DNA of 59,625 nt, the filler included. It is 7 parts of 7 records of this genome, joined end to end, with 100 filler letters (N's around TTAATTAATTAA, not from the genome) between each part and the next. Parts side by side here need not be neighbours in the genome. Positions count along the whole stretch, not along the records: positions 1 to 13,693 come from DRR723986_30686; 6 more parts are not named here. One strand, given 5' to 3'. The notes beneath the pieces were generated by a model, which saw nothing but the letters and a program-made list of their open reading frames with translations, did no database searches and was not told the origin of the DNA. Made by a program: the position numbers and the translations under genes. The stretch's first letter is position 1; each line of letters opens with the position of its first letter. Shown here one piece after another: positions 1 to 12,700 of the stretch.

Positions 1-2
1 GA

Positions 3-230
3 AACTGTACAGTTTCAGCATTGGGAGACGGATATACGGCTAGTGGAGCTGGGAAATTTGTCTCTAAAGGTGAGGTGAAAAGCTGGGGTGATAAAGACAG
101 AGATGTGATTTACCTACAGTATGAAATCAATCTTCCCGAAATGTCAATTTCAGCTACGGATACGCTTGTGGTACGCGACAGAGCGGTTGGCATGGAGATT
201 TTTTCTCCTGTAGTGAAAAACAACAATTAA
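3..230 (+). CDS. 3' end of a xylan-PUL accessory protein (DUF5627-like), 5'-truncated by the window edge
   Basis: Frame is open from base 3 (NCTVSALGDGYTASG...). The C-terminal SWGDKDRDVIYLQY...DTLVVRDR resembles proteins that precede Xyn10C-type genes in Bacteroidota xylan loci. Confidence 0.6.
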   Translation, partial: NCTVSALGDGYTASGAGKFVSKGEVKSWGDKDRDVIYLQYEINLPEMSISATDTLVVRDRAVGMEIFSPVVKNNN

Positions 231-246
231 CTAGACCCAAGAAAAC

Positions 247-2385
247 ATGAAGCAATTATATATTAAGTGTTTTGGTATTCTGGCTGTTGCTATCGGAACT
301 TCCTCATGTGCTGACTATATCGCAAATGATGAGTTTAAGGTAGAAAAGCCGATGAATATTGCCGAACAAGAGGTACTCAATGGCTACGGGGTACTTAGGA
401 GTTACATAGACACCGTTGCCTACCCTAATTTTAAGTTGGGTGGAGCAGTGACAATGTCCCAATACGACGACAGAGGAGTAATGTACCGTCTTATCAATAG
501 CAATTTTGATGAAATTACAGCTGGCTATGGCATGAAGCACGGTGCTATCGTTCAAGCAAATGGAAATTTTAATTTTGATGGGGTAAATGCAACTTTGGAA
601 GCTGCCTCAGCTGCTGGGACATCTGTTTTTGGTCATACGCTGGTCTGGCATGCAAATCAAAACGCCACTTACCTGAATAGACTGCTTGAACCTCTAGTAG
701 TAAATTCACCTGCATTTGCCAATGAATTAGACCTTTCCTCACCGATGCAAGGATCTATGGATGGCTGGTCAAAAAGTGGAGAAGTAATGATCGCAGAAGG
801 AAAAGGAATGGGTGAGGGCACTTCTGCCTTTGTTTTGACCGCTGGTTCAGGAACTGATCCTGAAAGTGTACAGCTCACAACCCCAGCTATTCCAGTGATT
901 CAGGGCAAAGAATATGAAGTAGTAGTCTATATCAAATCCGACCAACCGGGTCAGGGAGGGATAACCTTTGATGGTCTTTCTGATAACATGCCAGCACTCG
1001 ATTGGATGGGTACTGGTAAAGATAGTACAGCTTTTGGAACCAGTATTTCCTGGCAAGAAATCCGATTTCAAGTCAGTGATTTTGAAGGAGATTCCTTCAA
1101 AATAAATTTTAACATGGGATATAAGCCAGGTGTCTCGTATTCTATTGACATCAGCAATTTATATGTGTATGATCCGGATGGTGAGCCTGCAATTAATAAC
1201 CTGATTGAAGACGGTGATTTCGAAAATGGAACTGGCTGGGGAGGCTGGGGAAATGGCTCTTCTCGTGGTGTGACTGCTGATGGAATGGGCTTCGGAGGTT
1301 CTGGTAAAGGTTTTTACGTCACCAATCCATCCAAAACAGGTGGTTTTTGGGAAGTTCAGACATCTTATGGATTGTCTGAACCTCTAAAAAATGGGGAGGA
1401 GTATAAATTGACTTTTTGGGTGAAAGGAGATGCTGAAGGAGTCATAAGACCCGAACTCCAAAGTCCGAATTACTCATCTAACGGGTTTGGTCAAGTAGGT
1501 GTGACTAAAGAGTGGAAGCAAGTTTCACTGACAACAGTTGCCACCGCTGATGACCGGATTCGGTTTGTAATAAGTTATGGTGAATTTGCTGGAACAGTCT
1601 ATTTGGACAATGTAGTTTTGAGCAGCTCTTCTCTTTCTGGTGGCAGCACTACGCTGGTGAACAAGACCGATGAAGAGAAGTTGTCTATAATTTCCGGTGA
1701 GTTTGAAAGATGGATAGCAGGAATGGTTACGAATTCGAAAGAGCACATCAAAGCTTGGGACGTAGTGAATGAGCCCATGGATGATGCAAATCCTTCAGAA
1801 TTAAAAACAGGAGTTGGTCGACCAAGTATCGCCGCTGACGAATTCTTCTGGCAAGATTACCTCGGAAAAGACTACGCTGTAAAAGCTTTTGAATTGACCG
1901 AGAAATATGGTAATCCTGATGACATACTTTTCATCAATGACTATAATCTGGAATATAGCCTGGCGAAAACTCAGGGACTGATTGATTATGTAGCATATTT
2001 AGAAAGCAAAGGAGTAACTGTAGATGGAATTGGTACACAGATGCACATTGCAATAGATTCTGATAAGGATAAAATTGTATCGATGTTTAAGATGCTAGCT
2101 GCAACTGGCAAACTTGTCAAGGTCTCAGAGCTTGATGTACGAATGAATTCTACCAATCCCACTCCAGAAATGATGCAGCAGCAGCGGGAGATGTACAAGT
2201 TCGTAGCGGAAATGTACCTGCAACATGTCCCTGCTCCACAGCGCTACGGTATCACTATTTGGGGTGTGACAGATAGTGCAGAGAATTCAAATTGGCTTCC
2301 AGGCGAAAAACAAGGGCTTTGGGATCTTAATCTAAACCGTAAACCTGCTTATGCTGGGTTCGCTGAAGGTTTAGGAGGAATGTAA
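247..2385 (+). CDS. Lipoprotein endo-1,4-beta-xylanase, GH10 domain interrupted by two CBM4-like modules (Xyn10C type)
   Basis: Lipobox-like GTSSC; GH10 motifs GHTLVWHANQ, then about 300 inserted residues, then WDVVNEP (acid/base), FINDYN, DGIGTQMH, VSELDV (nucleophile), TIWGVTD. Confidence 0.92.
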   Translation: MKQLYIKCFGILAVAIGTSSCADYIANDEFKVEKPMNIAEQEVLNGYGVLRSYIDTVAYPNFKLGGAVTMSQYDDRGVMYRLINSNFDEITAGYGMKHGAIVQANGNFNFDGVNATLEAASAAGTSVFGHTLVWHANQNATYLNRLLEPLVVNSPAFANELDLSSPMQGSMDGWSKSGEVMIAEGKGMGEGTSAFVLTAGSGTDPESVQLTTPAIPVIQGKEYEVVVYIKSDQPGQGGITFDGLSDNMPALDWMGTGKDSTAFGTSISWQEIRFQVSDFEGDSFKINFNMGYKPGVSYSIDISNLYVYDPDGEPAINNLIEDGDFENGTGWGGWGNGSSRGVTADGMGFGGSGKGFYVTNPSKTGGFWEVQTSYGLSEPLKNGEEYKLTFWVKGDAEGVIRPELQSPNYSSNGFGQVGVTKEWKQVSLTTVATADDRIRFVISYGEFAGTVYLDNVVLSSSSLSGGSTTLVNKTDEEKLSIISGEFERWIAGMVTNSKEHIKAWDVVNEPMDDANPSELKTGVGRPSIAADEFFWQDYLGKDYAVKAFELTEKYGNPDDILFINDYNLEYSLAKTQGLIDYVAYLESKGVTVDGIGTQMHIAIDSDKDKIVSMFKMLAATGKLVKVSELDVRMNSTNPTPEMMQQQREMYKFVAEMYLQHVPAPQRYGITIWGVTDSAENSNWLPGEKQGLWDLNLNRKPAYAGFAEGLGGM

Positions 2386-2396
2386 TTTTATTTAGC

Positions 2397-2443
2397 ACCT
2401 ATGCAATCAGACCTGATTTGGATTTGATTGCATAGGTTGTTTT
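2397..2443 (+). terminator. Intrinsic terminator-like hairpin after the first GH10
   Basis: acctatgcaatca ... tgattgcataggt inverted repeat followed by tgtttt, starting 12 nt after the stop. Confidence 0.7.
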
Positions 2444-2648
2444 CTGGCTATGAATTAGTAATCACACCTTGTGAGGGTATCTTTTTTCCTTCATTGATTC
2501 ATTTCTATTTAATACTAATAGATGGAACAGAATACACTAAATTTAATATGTCGCTGTCCTTAAGAAGTTTACGATGCTTTGCTCAAACTTGACTATCAGG
2601 TTAGCAGTGATTTTTAGCACTAACCGTTTCATCATTTAACAGAACTCC

Positions 2649-4310
2649 ATGAAAACAATGCATAAACTATTCTTGCTGCTTTTACTAGTGACGTTTAGTC
2701 AGCTTGTCCAAGCGCAAGAGAAGTACAACATCTTATGGCTGAGTTGTGAAGATATAGACCCTACGCTAGGTGCCTATGGGGCTGAAGAAGTTGAAACACC
2801 AAATATCGACCGTTTGGCACGAGAAGGTATTTTATTCGAAAATGCTTATTCAACAGTAGGCGTCTGCGCTCCCAGCCGTTCTTCCATCATCACAGGAATG
2901 TATCCGGTGAGCATTGGGACACATAATATGCGTACAGCGAACTTTGTGCCCTATAAGGGAATAAATGGTGAAACATACCCGTCCTTTCAGGCGGTGACTG
3001 GGAAAAGCGGACAAAATATCCCTGCCTATTCTGCTGTCTTACCACCTGAAGTGAAATGCTTTACCGAATATTTACGAGTAGCAGGATACTATTGCACCAA
3101 CAACTGGAAAAATGACTATCAGTTTTATCCACCGTTTACCGCATGGGACGAGAACGGTTTTAATGCTGAATACATGAACAGACCTGAGGGTATACCTTTC
3201 TTTTCGGTTTACAATCATGAAGTAACCCATGAATCACAAATTTGGATGAAGGAAAAGGATCCTATGCTGGTAGATATCAACACTATTAAGCTCCCTGAGT
3301 ACTTTCCTGACTTACCTGTGGTTAGGAAAGATGTAGGCCGGAAATATTCTAACATCGAGGAATTGGACGCTCAAATAGGAGAAAAATTAGATAAACTTGA
3401 GAAAGAAGGGTTATTGGATAAAACCATAATTGTTTTTTGGAGTGACCACGGCGGCCCGATGTTAAGGCAAAAAAGAGCCGTAGGAAATACGGGATTGCAT
3501 GTTCCTTTGATAATTCGCTTTCCTGATAAGCGTATGGCTGGTACACGATCTGATAGGTTAGTGTCATTAATGGACCTAGGCCCTACAATGATGTCTTTAT
3601 TGGGCATCAAGCCACCGGAGTATATGCAAGGAAAGGCTTTCATGGGTACTTATGAGGAAGCTCCTAGAGAGGCAATATTTGGATCAGCAGATAGATTTGA
3701 TGAAACATACGATTTTTCCCGTTCTGTAATTGACGGCCAATTCAGCTACATTAAAAATTTCGATCCTTCCACGCCTCTGATTTATCGCATTCAATACCGC
3801 GAACAAATAGAAATGACGCGAAAGCTAATTGAAATGGATAGGCAAGGCGAGCTAACAGGCGGTGCTGCCTATATTTTTCGTGATTATAGAGATGCAGAAG
3901 AGCTATATGATCTTGAAAATGATCCTGATGAAATACACAACCTTGCAAATGATCCAAAATACTACCCACAGTTGATTAAAATGAGAGCACAGTTATCTGC
4001 TTGGCAGTTGGATATTGGAGACAAAGGATTAATCGATGAATATAACTTAGTACAAATGTTTTGGCCAGGCTTGGTTCAGCCTTCAACAAAGGATGTTGTA
4101 GTAAAACCAACTGAAAAGGGATTAGTATTAAGTTGTGATACAAACGGAGCATCAATTGGTTACCAAATTGATGATAAAATAGGCAGTGAAACCTGGCAAA
4201 TATATCACGAGCCTATTAAGCTAAGTAAAGGACAAAAAATAGTTACTCGTGCTAAACGTATTGGTTATAAAACATCCAATACTACCGAGTTTGTGAATAT
4301 GGAATCCTAA
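2649..4310 (+). CDS. Formylglycine-dependent (S1) sulfatase, secreted
   Basis: Signal peptide, NILWLSCED, CAPSRSSIITG (CxPxR), WSDHG, ELYDLENDPDEIHNLA; short C-terminal beta-sandwich extension. Confidence 0.93.
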   Translation: MKTMHKLFLLLLLVTFSQLVQAQEKYNILWLSCEDIDPTLGAYGAEEVETPNIDRLAREGILFENAYSTVGVCAPSRSSIITGMYPVSIGTHNMRTANFVPYKGINGETYPSFQAVTGKSGQNIPAYSAVLPPEVKCFTEYLRVAGYYCTNNWKNDYQFYPPFTAWDENGFNAEYMNRPEGIPFFSVYNHEVTHESQIWMKEKDPMLVDINTIKLPEYFPDLPVVRKDVGRKYSNIEELDAQIGEKLDKLEKEGLLDKTIIVFWSDHGGPMLRQKRAVGNTGLHVPLIIRFPDKRMAGTRSDRLVSLMDLGPTMMSLLGIKPPEYMQGKAFMGTYEEAPREAIFGSADRFDETYDFSRSVIDGQFSYIKNFDPSTPLIYRIQYREQIEMTRKLIEMDRQGELTGGAAYIFRDYRDAEELYDLENDPDEIHNLANDPKYYPQLIKMRAQLSAWQLDIGDKGLIDEYNLVQMFWPGLVQPSTKDVVVKPTEKGLVLSCDTNGASIGYQIDDKIGSETWQIYHEPIKLSKGQKIVTRAKRIGYKTSNTTEFVNMES

Positions 4311-4558
4311 GTACATAGGGCGATCCTGTGGATGAGGGTGAGCCACAAGACCAATGTGTGTCCTGTCCCTATTCATGGGGGTATTTTGATTCTCAGCCTA
4401 TGATAATGGGGAATAATCACGTATTCTCTGGAAGTGAGCACTAAATAAGCTGGAGATATCCTTTGTCAACGGATTTATCTTACTTCAATAAATTCTGTAT
4501 TAATTCTTAAAACAGACCATACAATTCTGCAATACCTCAAGATTTAACTTGTCAATAA

Positions 4559-5698
<1,140 letters not shown>

Positions 5699-5777
5699 AC
5701 TACCGAGTGTACATACTCTCTTTTCTGGAAAAGGCACTCCTTTTTCTATCAGAATTAACCTATTAATATTTATACCT

Positions 5778-6890
5778 ATGATATTCAAAAAAGTCTTAAC
5801 CTTTGCATCACTCACCTTGCTTTTTTCAGTGCAAAGCCCTGAAAGTGAGCGTCTCAAAGATATTTTTGCAGATAGTTATCACATTGGAGTTGCCGTCAAT
5901 GCATGGCAGGTGAACAGCTCTGATGAGAAAGTAAGCGCTCTTATAGCAAACCAGTTTAACAGCCTAAGCCCAGAAAATGGCCTTAAATGGGAGCGTGTCC
6001 ACCCTGAACTTGATCGTTATGATTTCAAATTTGGAGACGAGTATGTCGCTTTGGGAGAAAAAATCGGAGCCTTTACGATTGGCCACTGCCTAGTTTGGCA
6101 CCAGCAAGTACCACGTTGGGTCTTTCAGGATGAAAACAAGGAACCTCTTGGTAAAGATGCCTTGATATCAAGAATGGAGGACCACATTGAGGCGGTAGCT
6201 GGACGGTACAAAGGTAAAATCCATGGATGGGATGTGGTCAATGAAGCATTCAATGAAGATGGGTCGTTTCGAGAATCCACTTGGTATAAAGTTACCGGAA
6301 CTGAGTTTATGAAAGCGGCTTTTCGAAAAGCTCATGAAGTAGATCCTGAGGCAGAATTGTATTACAACGATTATAATGTCTGGAATGCAGCTAAGCGTAA
6401 AGGTATTCTTGATTTTGCAAAGGAAATGGTGTCTGAAGGAATCAAAGTGGATGCAATAGGCATGCAAGGGCATTACCAGCTTGAAACCCCTACGCTGGAG
6501 CAGATCGAGCAAGGCATAATCGACATTCATGAAGCTGGATTCAAAGTGATGGTGACTGAGCTGGATGTAGATGTGTTGCCTAGGCCGCGTAGTGCTGTGG
6601 GCGCCGACTTGAACATGAACTTTGCCAATTCAGAGGAATATAATCCATATAAGGATGGAATCACTCCGGAGGCCGAGGCCAAGTTAGCTCAGCGCTATGC
6701 TGATATTTTTAAGATATATGAAAAGCATAAGGACAAAATTACCCGCGTCACATTTTGGGGTTTAGGTGATGGGAATAGTTGGTTGAATAATTTTCCAGTA
6801 AGAGGAAGAACCAACTATCCATTGCTTTTCGACAGAAATCTGGAACCAAAAATTGAGGTGATTGAGAAAATCGCCAGTGTGGTGAAGTAG
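5778..6890 (+). CDS. Endo-1,4-beta-xylanase, GH10 (uninterrupted)
   Basis: PENGLKW, GHCLVWHQQ, WDVVNEA, YYNDYN, GMQGH, VTELDV, TFWG, RTNYPLLFD. Start moved from the ORF track's 5589 to ATG 5778, which begins a signal peptide and removes the overlap with the esterase. Confidence 0.93.
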   Translation: MIFKKVLTFASLTLLFSVQSPESERLKDIFADSYHIGVAVNAWQVNSSDEKVSALIANQFNSLSPENGLKWERVHPELDRYDFKFGDEYVALGEKIGAFTIGHCLVWHQQVPRWVFQDENKEPLGKDALISRMEDHIEAVAGRYKGKIHGWDVVNEAFNEDGSFRESTWYKVTGTEFMKAAFRKAHEVDPEAELYYNDYNVWNAAKRKGILDFAKEMVSEGIKVDAIGMQGHYQLETPTLEQIEQGIIDIHEAGFKVMVTELDVDVLPRPRSAVGADLNMNFANSEEYNPYKDGITPEAEAKLAQRYADIFKIYEKHKDKITRVTFWGLGDGNSWLNNFPVRGRTNYPLLFDRNLEPKIEVIEKIASVVK

Positions 6891-6976
6891 CATGTCGCTA
6901 AATGCGTAGCAGCAGCTTGTAAAAATGATGTTTATAAATGCTAATCAATGGTAATCATAAGAGGCGTTAGATAAAT

Positions 6977-7009
6977 AAAAAGGTGTCAGAGTGTTCTGAC
7001 ACCTTTTTT
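6977..7009. terminator. Bidirectional intrinsic terminator between convergent operons
   Basis: aaaaaggtgtcaga-gtgt-tctgacacctttttt perfect stem with A and T tracts on both sides. Confidence 0.88.
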
Positions 7010-7059
7010 AAATAACTCGTTTCTCATTTGCATTAATGAACCTGATCAAACGAACCTGT

Positions 7060-7524
7060 TTATTCGTAAAGGCTCAAAATATATTTTACCATATCTTTTG
7101 CATCTTCTTCATTCAAAGTAGGATGCGGAGGCATAGCAGTCTCTCCCCAAACGCCGGTACCTCCCTTTATTACTTTATTAGCAAGTTTGGTGATATTCTC
7201 GTCTGTGGGCTTATACTCAGCTGCTATTTCCTTAAATGAAGGTCCTATTACTTTTCTTTCCACTAAATGACATGAAAGGCAATCAGAGTTACCAATCTTT
7301 GCTTCTCCTGAAAGTGCTACACCGGCCTCCTCTATAACTTCTTCCACCTGCTCTTCCTCTACGATGGGCTCATCAATTACAGCTGGGGTAGGTTTAGCCG
7401 CTTCTACTTCAACAGGCGTTTTGTCTGTTGCAACTTTGTCTGCAGTGGATTCACCACCTCCGCAGGCAAATGACATAACTGCCAGCACCAGGATAGCAGT
7501 TTTTGTAATGGTTTTAGTTTTCAT
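7060..7524 (-). CDS. Lipoprotein monoheme cytochrome c (c551/c552-like)
   Basis: Lipobox SFAC, acidic linker, CLSCH heme motif, GPSFKEIA, distal Met in AMPPH. Confidence 0.92.
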   Translation of the reverse strand: MKTKTITKTAILVLAVMSFACGGGESTADKVATDKTPVEVEAAKPTPAVIDEPIVEEEQVEEVIEEAGVALSGEAKIGNSDCLSCHLVERKVIGPSFKEIAAEYKPTDENITKLANKVIKGGTGVWGETAMPPHPTLNEEDAKDMVKYILSLYE

Positions 7525-7582
7525 TCTTTTAATCTAATTTATAGGCAGTGGCCTACGTCAAATAATTTTTTCTATAGGACGA

Positions 7583-8701
7583 TTAATGACTGTTTAGTGT
7601 AAACTCAGGCAGATGTTTGATTGTTCCGCCATCCATAGCGGATTCGTGAGCTAAAATTCCAACACAGGTTATGTTTGCTGATTCTTTTGCATTTGGATAC
7701 GGAGCTCTTTCTTCTGCTAATGCATTCAAAAACTCATTGACTAAGTGCGGGTGGGAACCACCGTGACCTGATCCTTGAATAAACGATAAATGCTGGTTGT
7801 CATCACCATCATAAACTCCCGCTGTGGTGAATGAAGCAATTTCATCTGGGAGTAAATGTCCGTAATCAGGAATCTTAACTCTTTCTGGACTTTCACCTGT
7901 ATGAATCACAGAGTCTTCATGCTCAATTAACGTCCATTCAAAGGATTTTTTAGAGCCATATACATCAAAACTTTCTCTGTACTGTCTAGCTGTATTGAAA
8001 AGTGATCTAGTCACCTCAGCAGCCAAATCAGAGTCTTTGAATTTGATATGGCAGGTTTCTATTGCAAATGGAGAACCGTACTTTGGTATTAAGTTCTCGT
8101 CAATTCTACCTGATCCTAGGCAGGAAACGTATTCTGCTTGTGCCTTTGGCAAAGCCAATACTGGTCCCACGCAATGGGTAGCATAATGCATAGGAGGTAG
8201 TCCTTCCCAATAGCCAGGCCAGCCAGCCATTTCTTGCTGATGTGAGGCTCTTAAAAACTGAATTTTACCAAGCTCTCCTTTTTCATACATTTCTTTTACG
8301 AAGAGGAATTCCCGACTATAAATCACGGTCTCCATCATCATATAGGTTAAGCCAGTTCTCTGAACTTCCTCCACGATTTTTTTACAATCTTCCACAGAGG
8401 TTGCCATTGGGACTGTGCAAGCTACATGCTTTCCAGCTCTTAAAGCTTTCAGTGATTGCTCAGCATGATTTTGAATTGGTGTGTTGATATGAACAGCATC
8501 TACTTCTGGGTCTTTTAGCAATTCATCGTAATCAGTATAAACTTTATCTATGCCAAAGGCTTTGCCGATCTCTTCAGCTTTTTCTTTATTTCGTTGACAG
8601 ATGGCATACATGTTTGAAAGCTTATGTTTTTGGTAGATCGGAATGAATTCTGCTCCAAAACCTAGTCCAACGATGGCGATATTAAAGGGTCTATTACTCA
8701 T
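7583..8701 (-). CDS. Gfo/Idh/MocA family NAD(P)-dependent oxidoreductase
   Basis: N-terminal IAIVGLGFG Rossmann motif, DPEVDAVHINTP...HAEQSLKALRAGKHV. Confidence 0.9.
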   Translation of the reverse strand: MSNRPFNIAIVGLGFGAEFIPIYQKHKLSNMYAICQRNKEKAEEIGKAFGIDKVYTDYDELLKDPEVDAVHINTPIQNHAEQSLKALRAGKHVACTVPMATSVEDCKKIVEEVQRTGLTYMMMETVIYSREFLFVKEMYEKGELGKIQFLRASHQQEMAGWPGYWEGLPPMHYATHCVGPVLALPKAQAEYVSCLGSGRIDENLIPKYGSPFAIETCHIKFKDSDLAAEVTRSLFNTARQYRESFDVYGSKKSFEWTLIEHEDSVIHTGESPERVKIPDYGHLLPDEIASFTTAGVYDGDDNQHLSFIQGSGHGGSHPHLVNEFLNALAEERAPYPNAKESANITCVGILAHESAMDGGTIKHLPEFTLNSH

Positions 8702-8857
8702 TTTAGTGTATGTATGTTGTTATAATTAATTAGGTGAAATAGGTTTAAAATTTCAGGTTAGGTAGAAGAGGAGGGAAGCTGTAATTATCTACTCTCCTTG
8801 GGTTATTGACTCTTTCGAAAGTATATAAGATTATTAAAATCGATATTGAACCGTTAT

Positions 8858-9718
8858 TTAACCAGCAGCCCAGTTTTTAAGAAATTCCAAGCCCTCTTTG
8901 GCAAAGCCATCCTGTGATGGTACTAAAGGCTTCCAGATGCATACTGCACCAGCTAGTTCTTTTACGTCTGGGGTGAAGCTTTCAATTGAGATGACACCTT
9001 GGTAGTTGATTGCTTCAAGACCACGCTTATACGCATCCCAAGGCGTAGTTCCACTGCCAGGAGTTCCACGATAGTTTTCAGATACCTGGAAGTGGATCAA
9101 TTTATCTCCGACCAGTTTGATGGCGGCTTCAGGGTTTGGTTCTTCTATACTCATGTGAAAACCATCCAAAATCACTTTGGCTTCTGGTTCATTAATATCT
9201 TTGATTAACTGCATGAGTTCCTCGCAGGTATTAATAAGATCTGTCTCAAAACGATTCAATGTCTCTAAAGCGATGTCCAAACCGAATTTTCTTGCTGTGT
9301 GGCATACTTTACGGAGATTAGTCACCGCTCGATCCCATTCTATTTTCTTTTGTTCTGGAGATACCAATCTAGCTTTTCCCACTGCAGAATACATAGGTCC
9401 AGCTACAAACTTGGCATCTAATCCAGCAGCTATTTCAAAGCAATGGTCCAAGTAGTCAAAGCTGGTTTTATGAAATGATGGATCTTCATTGGTGAAATCT
9501 CGGCTTGTCCCGAAAGCTCCGCAGATAACGGCCTCAAGACCGTTATCGCTAAGTGCTTTTTTTACCTCTGGTATATTAATTAGCGCTGGATCTTCTACAG
9601 GTATCTCCACTACATCATATCCAAAGTTTTTAATTTTTGGTAATAAACTGAGTGTTTCAGAACTGAATGGAGAGGTCCAAAGCCAGGTGCTTACACCGAA
9701 TTTTACATTAATTGGCAT
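8858..9718 (-). CDS. Sugar phosphate isomerase/epimerase TIM barrel, ketose 3-epimerase (D-tagatose/D-psicose 3-epimerase)-like
   Basis: ETLNRFE, LDGFHMSIEE, HFQVSENYRGTPGSG and IESF match the Glu/Asp/His/Glu metal site pattern of this family. Confidence 0.85.
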   Translation of the reverse strand: MPINVKFGVSTWLWTSPFSSETLSLLPKIKNFGYDVVEIPVEDPALINIPEVKKALSDNGLEAVICGAFGTSRDFTNEDPSFHKTSFDYLDHCFEIAAGLDAKFVAGPMYSAVGKARLVSPEQKKIEWDRAVTNLRKVCHTARKFGLDIALETLNRFETDLINTCEELMQLIKDINEPEAKVILDGFHMSIEEPNPEAAIKLVGDKLIHFQVSENYRGTPGSGTTPWDAYKRGLEAINYQGVISIESFTPDVKELAGAVCIWKPLVPSQDGFAKEGLEFLKNWAAG

Positions 9719-9721
9719 CTC

Positions 9722-12700
9722 TTATATTACTTTCATTATACCGTTCATTTTTTTCCAGTGATTCGGAAGTGTACAAACGAATGGATAATCACCTTTTTGA
9801 GAAGGTACTGTCATGATTATTGAATCTGAGGAATTTGGGAAAACTAAGCTGGTTGAAGCCAATACGTCAGTAGTCTCAGGGATAAAGCTTTTATCCATTC
9901 CTGTAAGGTCTTGAGCCATTTTATCTGCTGCCTGACCGATTTTTTCTAGTGAACCTATAGCTCCAATGACCAGGTTATGCTGAACGAAGTCAGGGTTGTT
10001 AAAATCCACGACTAGCTTACTTCCTGCAGTTACAATGAATGAGTATTTGTCGAATGACATCTCATGAGGGATGGTGGTTAAGGTAACTAAACCATTTTTC
10101 ACCACTTCAATTGATTCCTCTATGGAGGATACTGCCTTGCCTTCCTGCGGTGCAGATGCTTTTTTTAGATCCAAACTTGAATCATTGCCAATTCTACCGG
10201 AGAATCTCCAATTGCCTTCGTAGTCACCAACTTTGTTGTTGGAATCAAACTGACCAACGCGAACACTTTCTGGAGATAATGGCCCGGTAAATAATCCTTT
10301 GGTTTTGCCCTTTGCAACTTCTTTTCCATCAATCATTAAGGCCATGCTACCATCTTCCATAAGTGTTGCTTTAACTTGGAATCGCTCTGAAGGTAGGTTT
10401 TTACGTGAACTGATGATTTTCACATCACCATCTTGAGCTATTGCAAAGTGCAAGGCGTCTTTGTAAACATAAAGGCTATAGCCATTAGTACCATTTCCTT
10501 GAGCTACCATCACACCGTCTAGAGCATCTCTGCTCGGAGAAACTTCCATTTCTATTGTCATTTCTTTCCCGGTAGGATCAGGTGGGAAAAGAAGTGCATT
10601 TCTTTGACTCAAGGTATATGACTCAGATACTAAGCTTTTTGCAATTCTGTCAGCCACACCCATCAAAGAATCAGCTTCAGATTTCGGAGCTACTTCTCTG
10701 CCTTCAAATGCTGATGGGTGAGTCAATGCAGCAGCAAAAATTGCTTGTGGCAAAAACTCGTCATTAGCATTATCTTTATTTTCAGCTATAGCTAATAGCT
10801 TTTTAGAAACATCTGCTGAAGTTGGCATTTCAGAAACTGCCACAATCGCATTTTTTCTAGTCTGCAGATTATCATCTTCCATTAAATTGGCTGCGAGGAT
10901 TGCATCCAATGCAGCTTGGTTTTTAGGAATTACTCTCACTGCATTCTTTCTTACTGCTGCAGAAGGATGAGTCAATGCTTTTTCTACCACTTGCTGTGCA
11001 TTTGCATTGCTTCCGTCGAGTGCACCTAGTCCGTGAAGTGCCCAAAGCGCATTGATTGCCGGTGCATTTAACCCAACTTCATCTACAGTTTGATCATTGA
11101 TGATCTCGTATAGGCCTTCCAACACGTCCATGTTTTTGGTTTCTACGATCAATCGCTGAGCAGTCAATCTCCAGAACATATTGTCACTTTGAAGAGCTGC
11201 TAAAAGCTCATCCCCGTCAGCATCTTTCAAGTCAAAGGTTTCGGAGGATTCATTTCCTTTATAGGTTAGGCGATAGATTCTACCGTGTTGTCTATCTCTT
11301 AAAGGGTTGATATATGCATTACCCTCTCCATTTTCAAATCCTCTTGGAGTCGGATTGTGCTGAATAATAAAGTTATACCAGTCTGCTACCCAAAGTGACC
11401 CATCAGGACCCACTTCTGCATGCACTGGGCTAAACCATTCGTCAGAACTTGCTAGAATGTTGAATGCATTCTTCTCTCTGAATCCAGAACCTTCTTGGAT
11501 TATTTGCGAATTATGAAGCACACGACCCGTAGGTTCAGCTACAAATGCCATTTGATTCCAGTACTCTTTAGGGAAATTTCTGGCAGTATATAAATTGTGA
11601 CCTGCAGCAGCAGTGTAACTTCCGTGCCAATCCACTTGTCTCAGGAATGGCGTGATATGAGGCATGTCGTAATGCGTATCTATACCGATTGCAGTATTTG
11701 GCGTTCCTCTATACACAGTTCTTTTGGCGTACTTAGTTTCCATTGCCAAGTAGACAGAGTGCTGTCCATTAGCGGTAGAAATGAAGGTTTCGAAGTCTTC
11801 AGAGAAACCTAATCCCCAAGTATTATTGCTTGTACGGCCAAGGAATTCCATGTTTTCCCAAGTTGGCGTAAATCTATATACGCCTTGGCTGAAATTAAAT
11901 TTCTTACCGCTTACTTCACCATTGAAACCTGAATAGCCCAATACTCCCCATACTTTATTGTCAAAGCCATATTTTAAGTTAGATGGTCCAGCGTGGGTAT
12001 CAAATTTGCCCCAACCTGTCATTACCACTTCTTTGACATCTGCTACATCATCGCCATCAGTATCTTTCAGGAATACAAAATCAGGAGCCATGGAAATCAA
12101 CATCCCGCCATTTACAGCCATGATTGAAGTTGGAATATTTAATCCCTCTGCGAATACAGTCACCTTGTCTGCTTTGCCATCTCCGTTGGTGTCTTCCAAA
12201 ATTTTGATTTTGTCATCACCGCCTTCTTTACGAATCTCATTAGGGTAATCAGTTGTTTCAATTACAAATAATCTACCTCTTTCATCCCATGCAAAAGCGA
12301 TAGGATTGATGATCATAGGCTCCGATGCAAATAGCTCTAATTCAAATCCTACTGGTACCTGAACTAGTTTCATTGATTCCTCTGCAGAAAGTGGTAACTG
12401 ATATCGCGGTGCTGGGTCTTTTCTTTCGTAATTCGGAATATCAGCATCTTCAAATTGAGGTTGCGGAATGTTGTATTCTGCCAAAAGTTCGTTTACATCA
12501 TCACCTACTGCCCATAGGATACCGTTTGCTACTAATTCCTGAAATTCTTTTTTCTCCCAAGTCTTTTCGTTGTGACCATAGGCAGTATAGAATACTCTAC
12601 CTTTTCCCTGCTCACGAACCCAAGTATAAGGCTCTTTGCCTTTATCATCTACCCGCTCCATTAGGACGGTCATATCAGGGTTTACTTGACTGTGTACATA

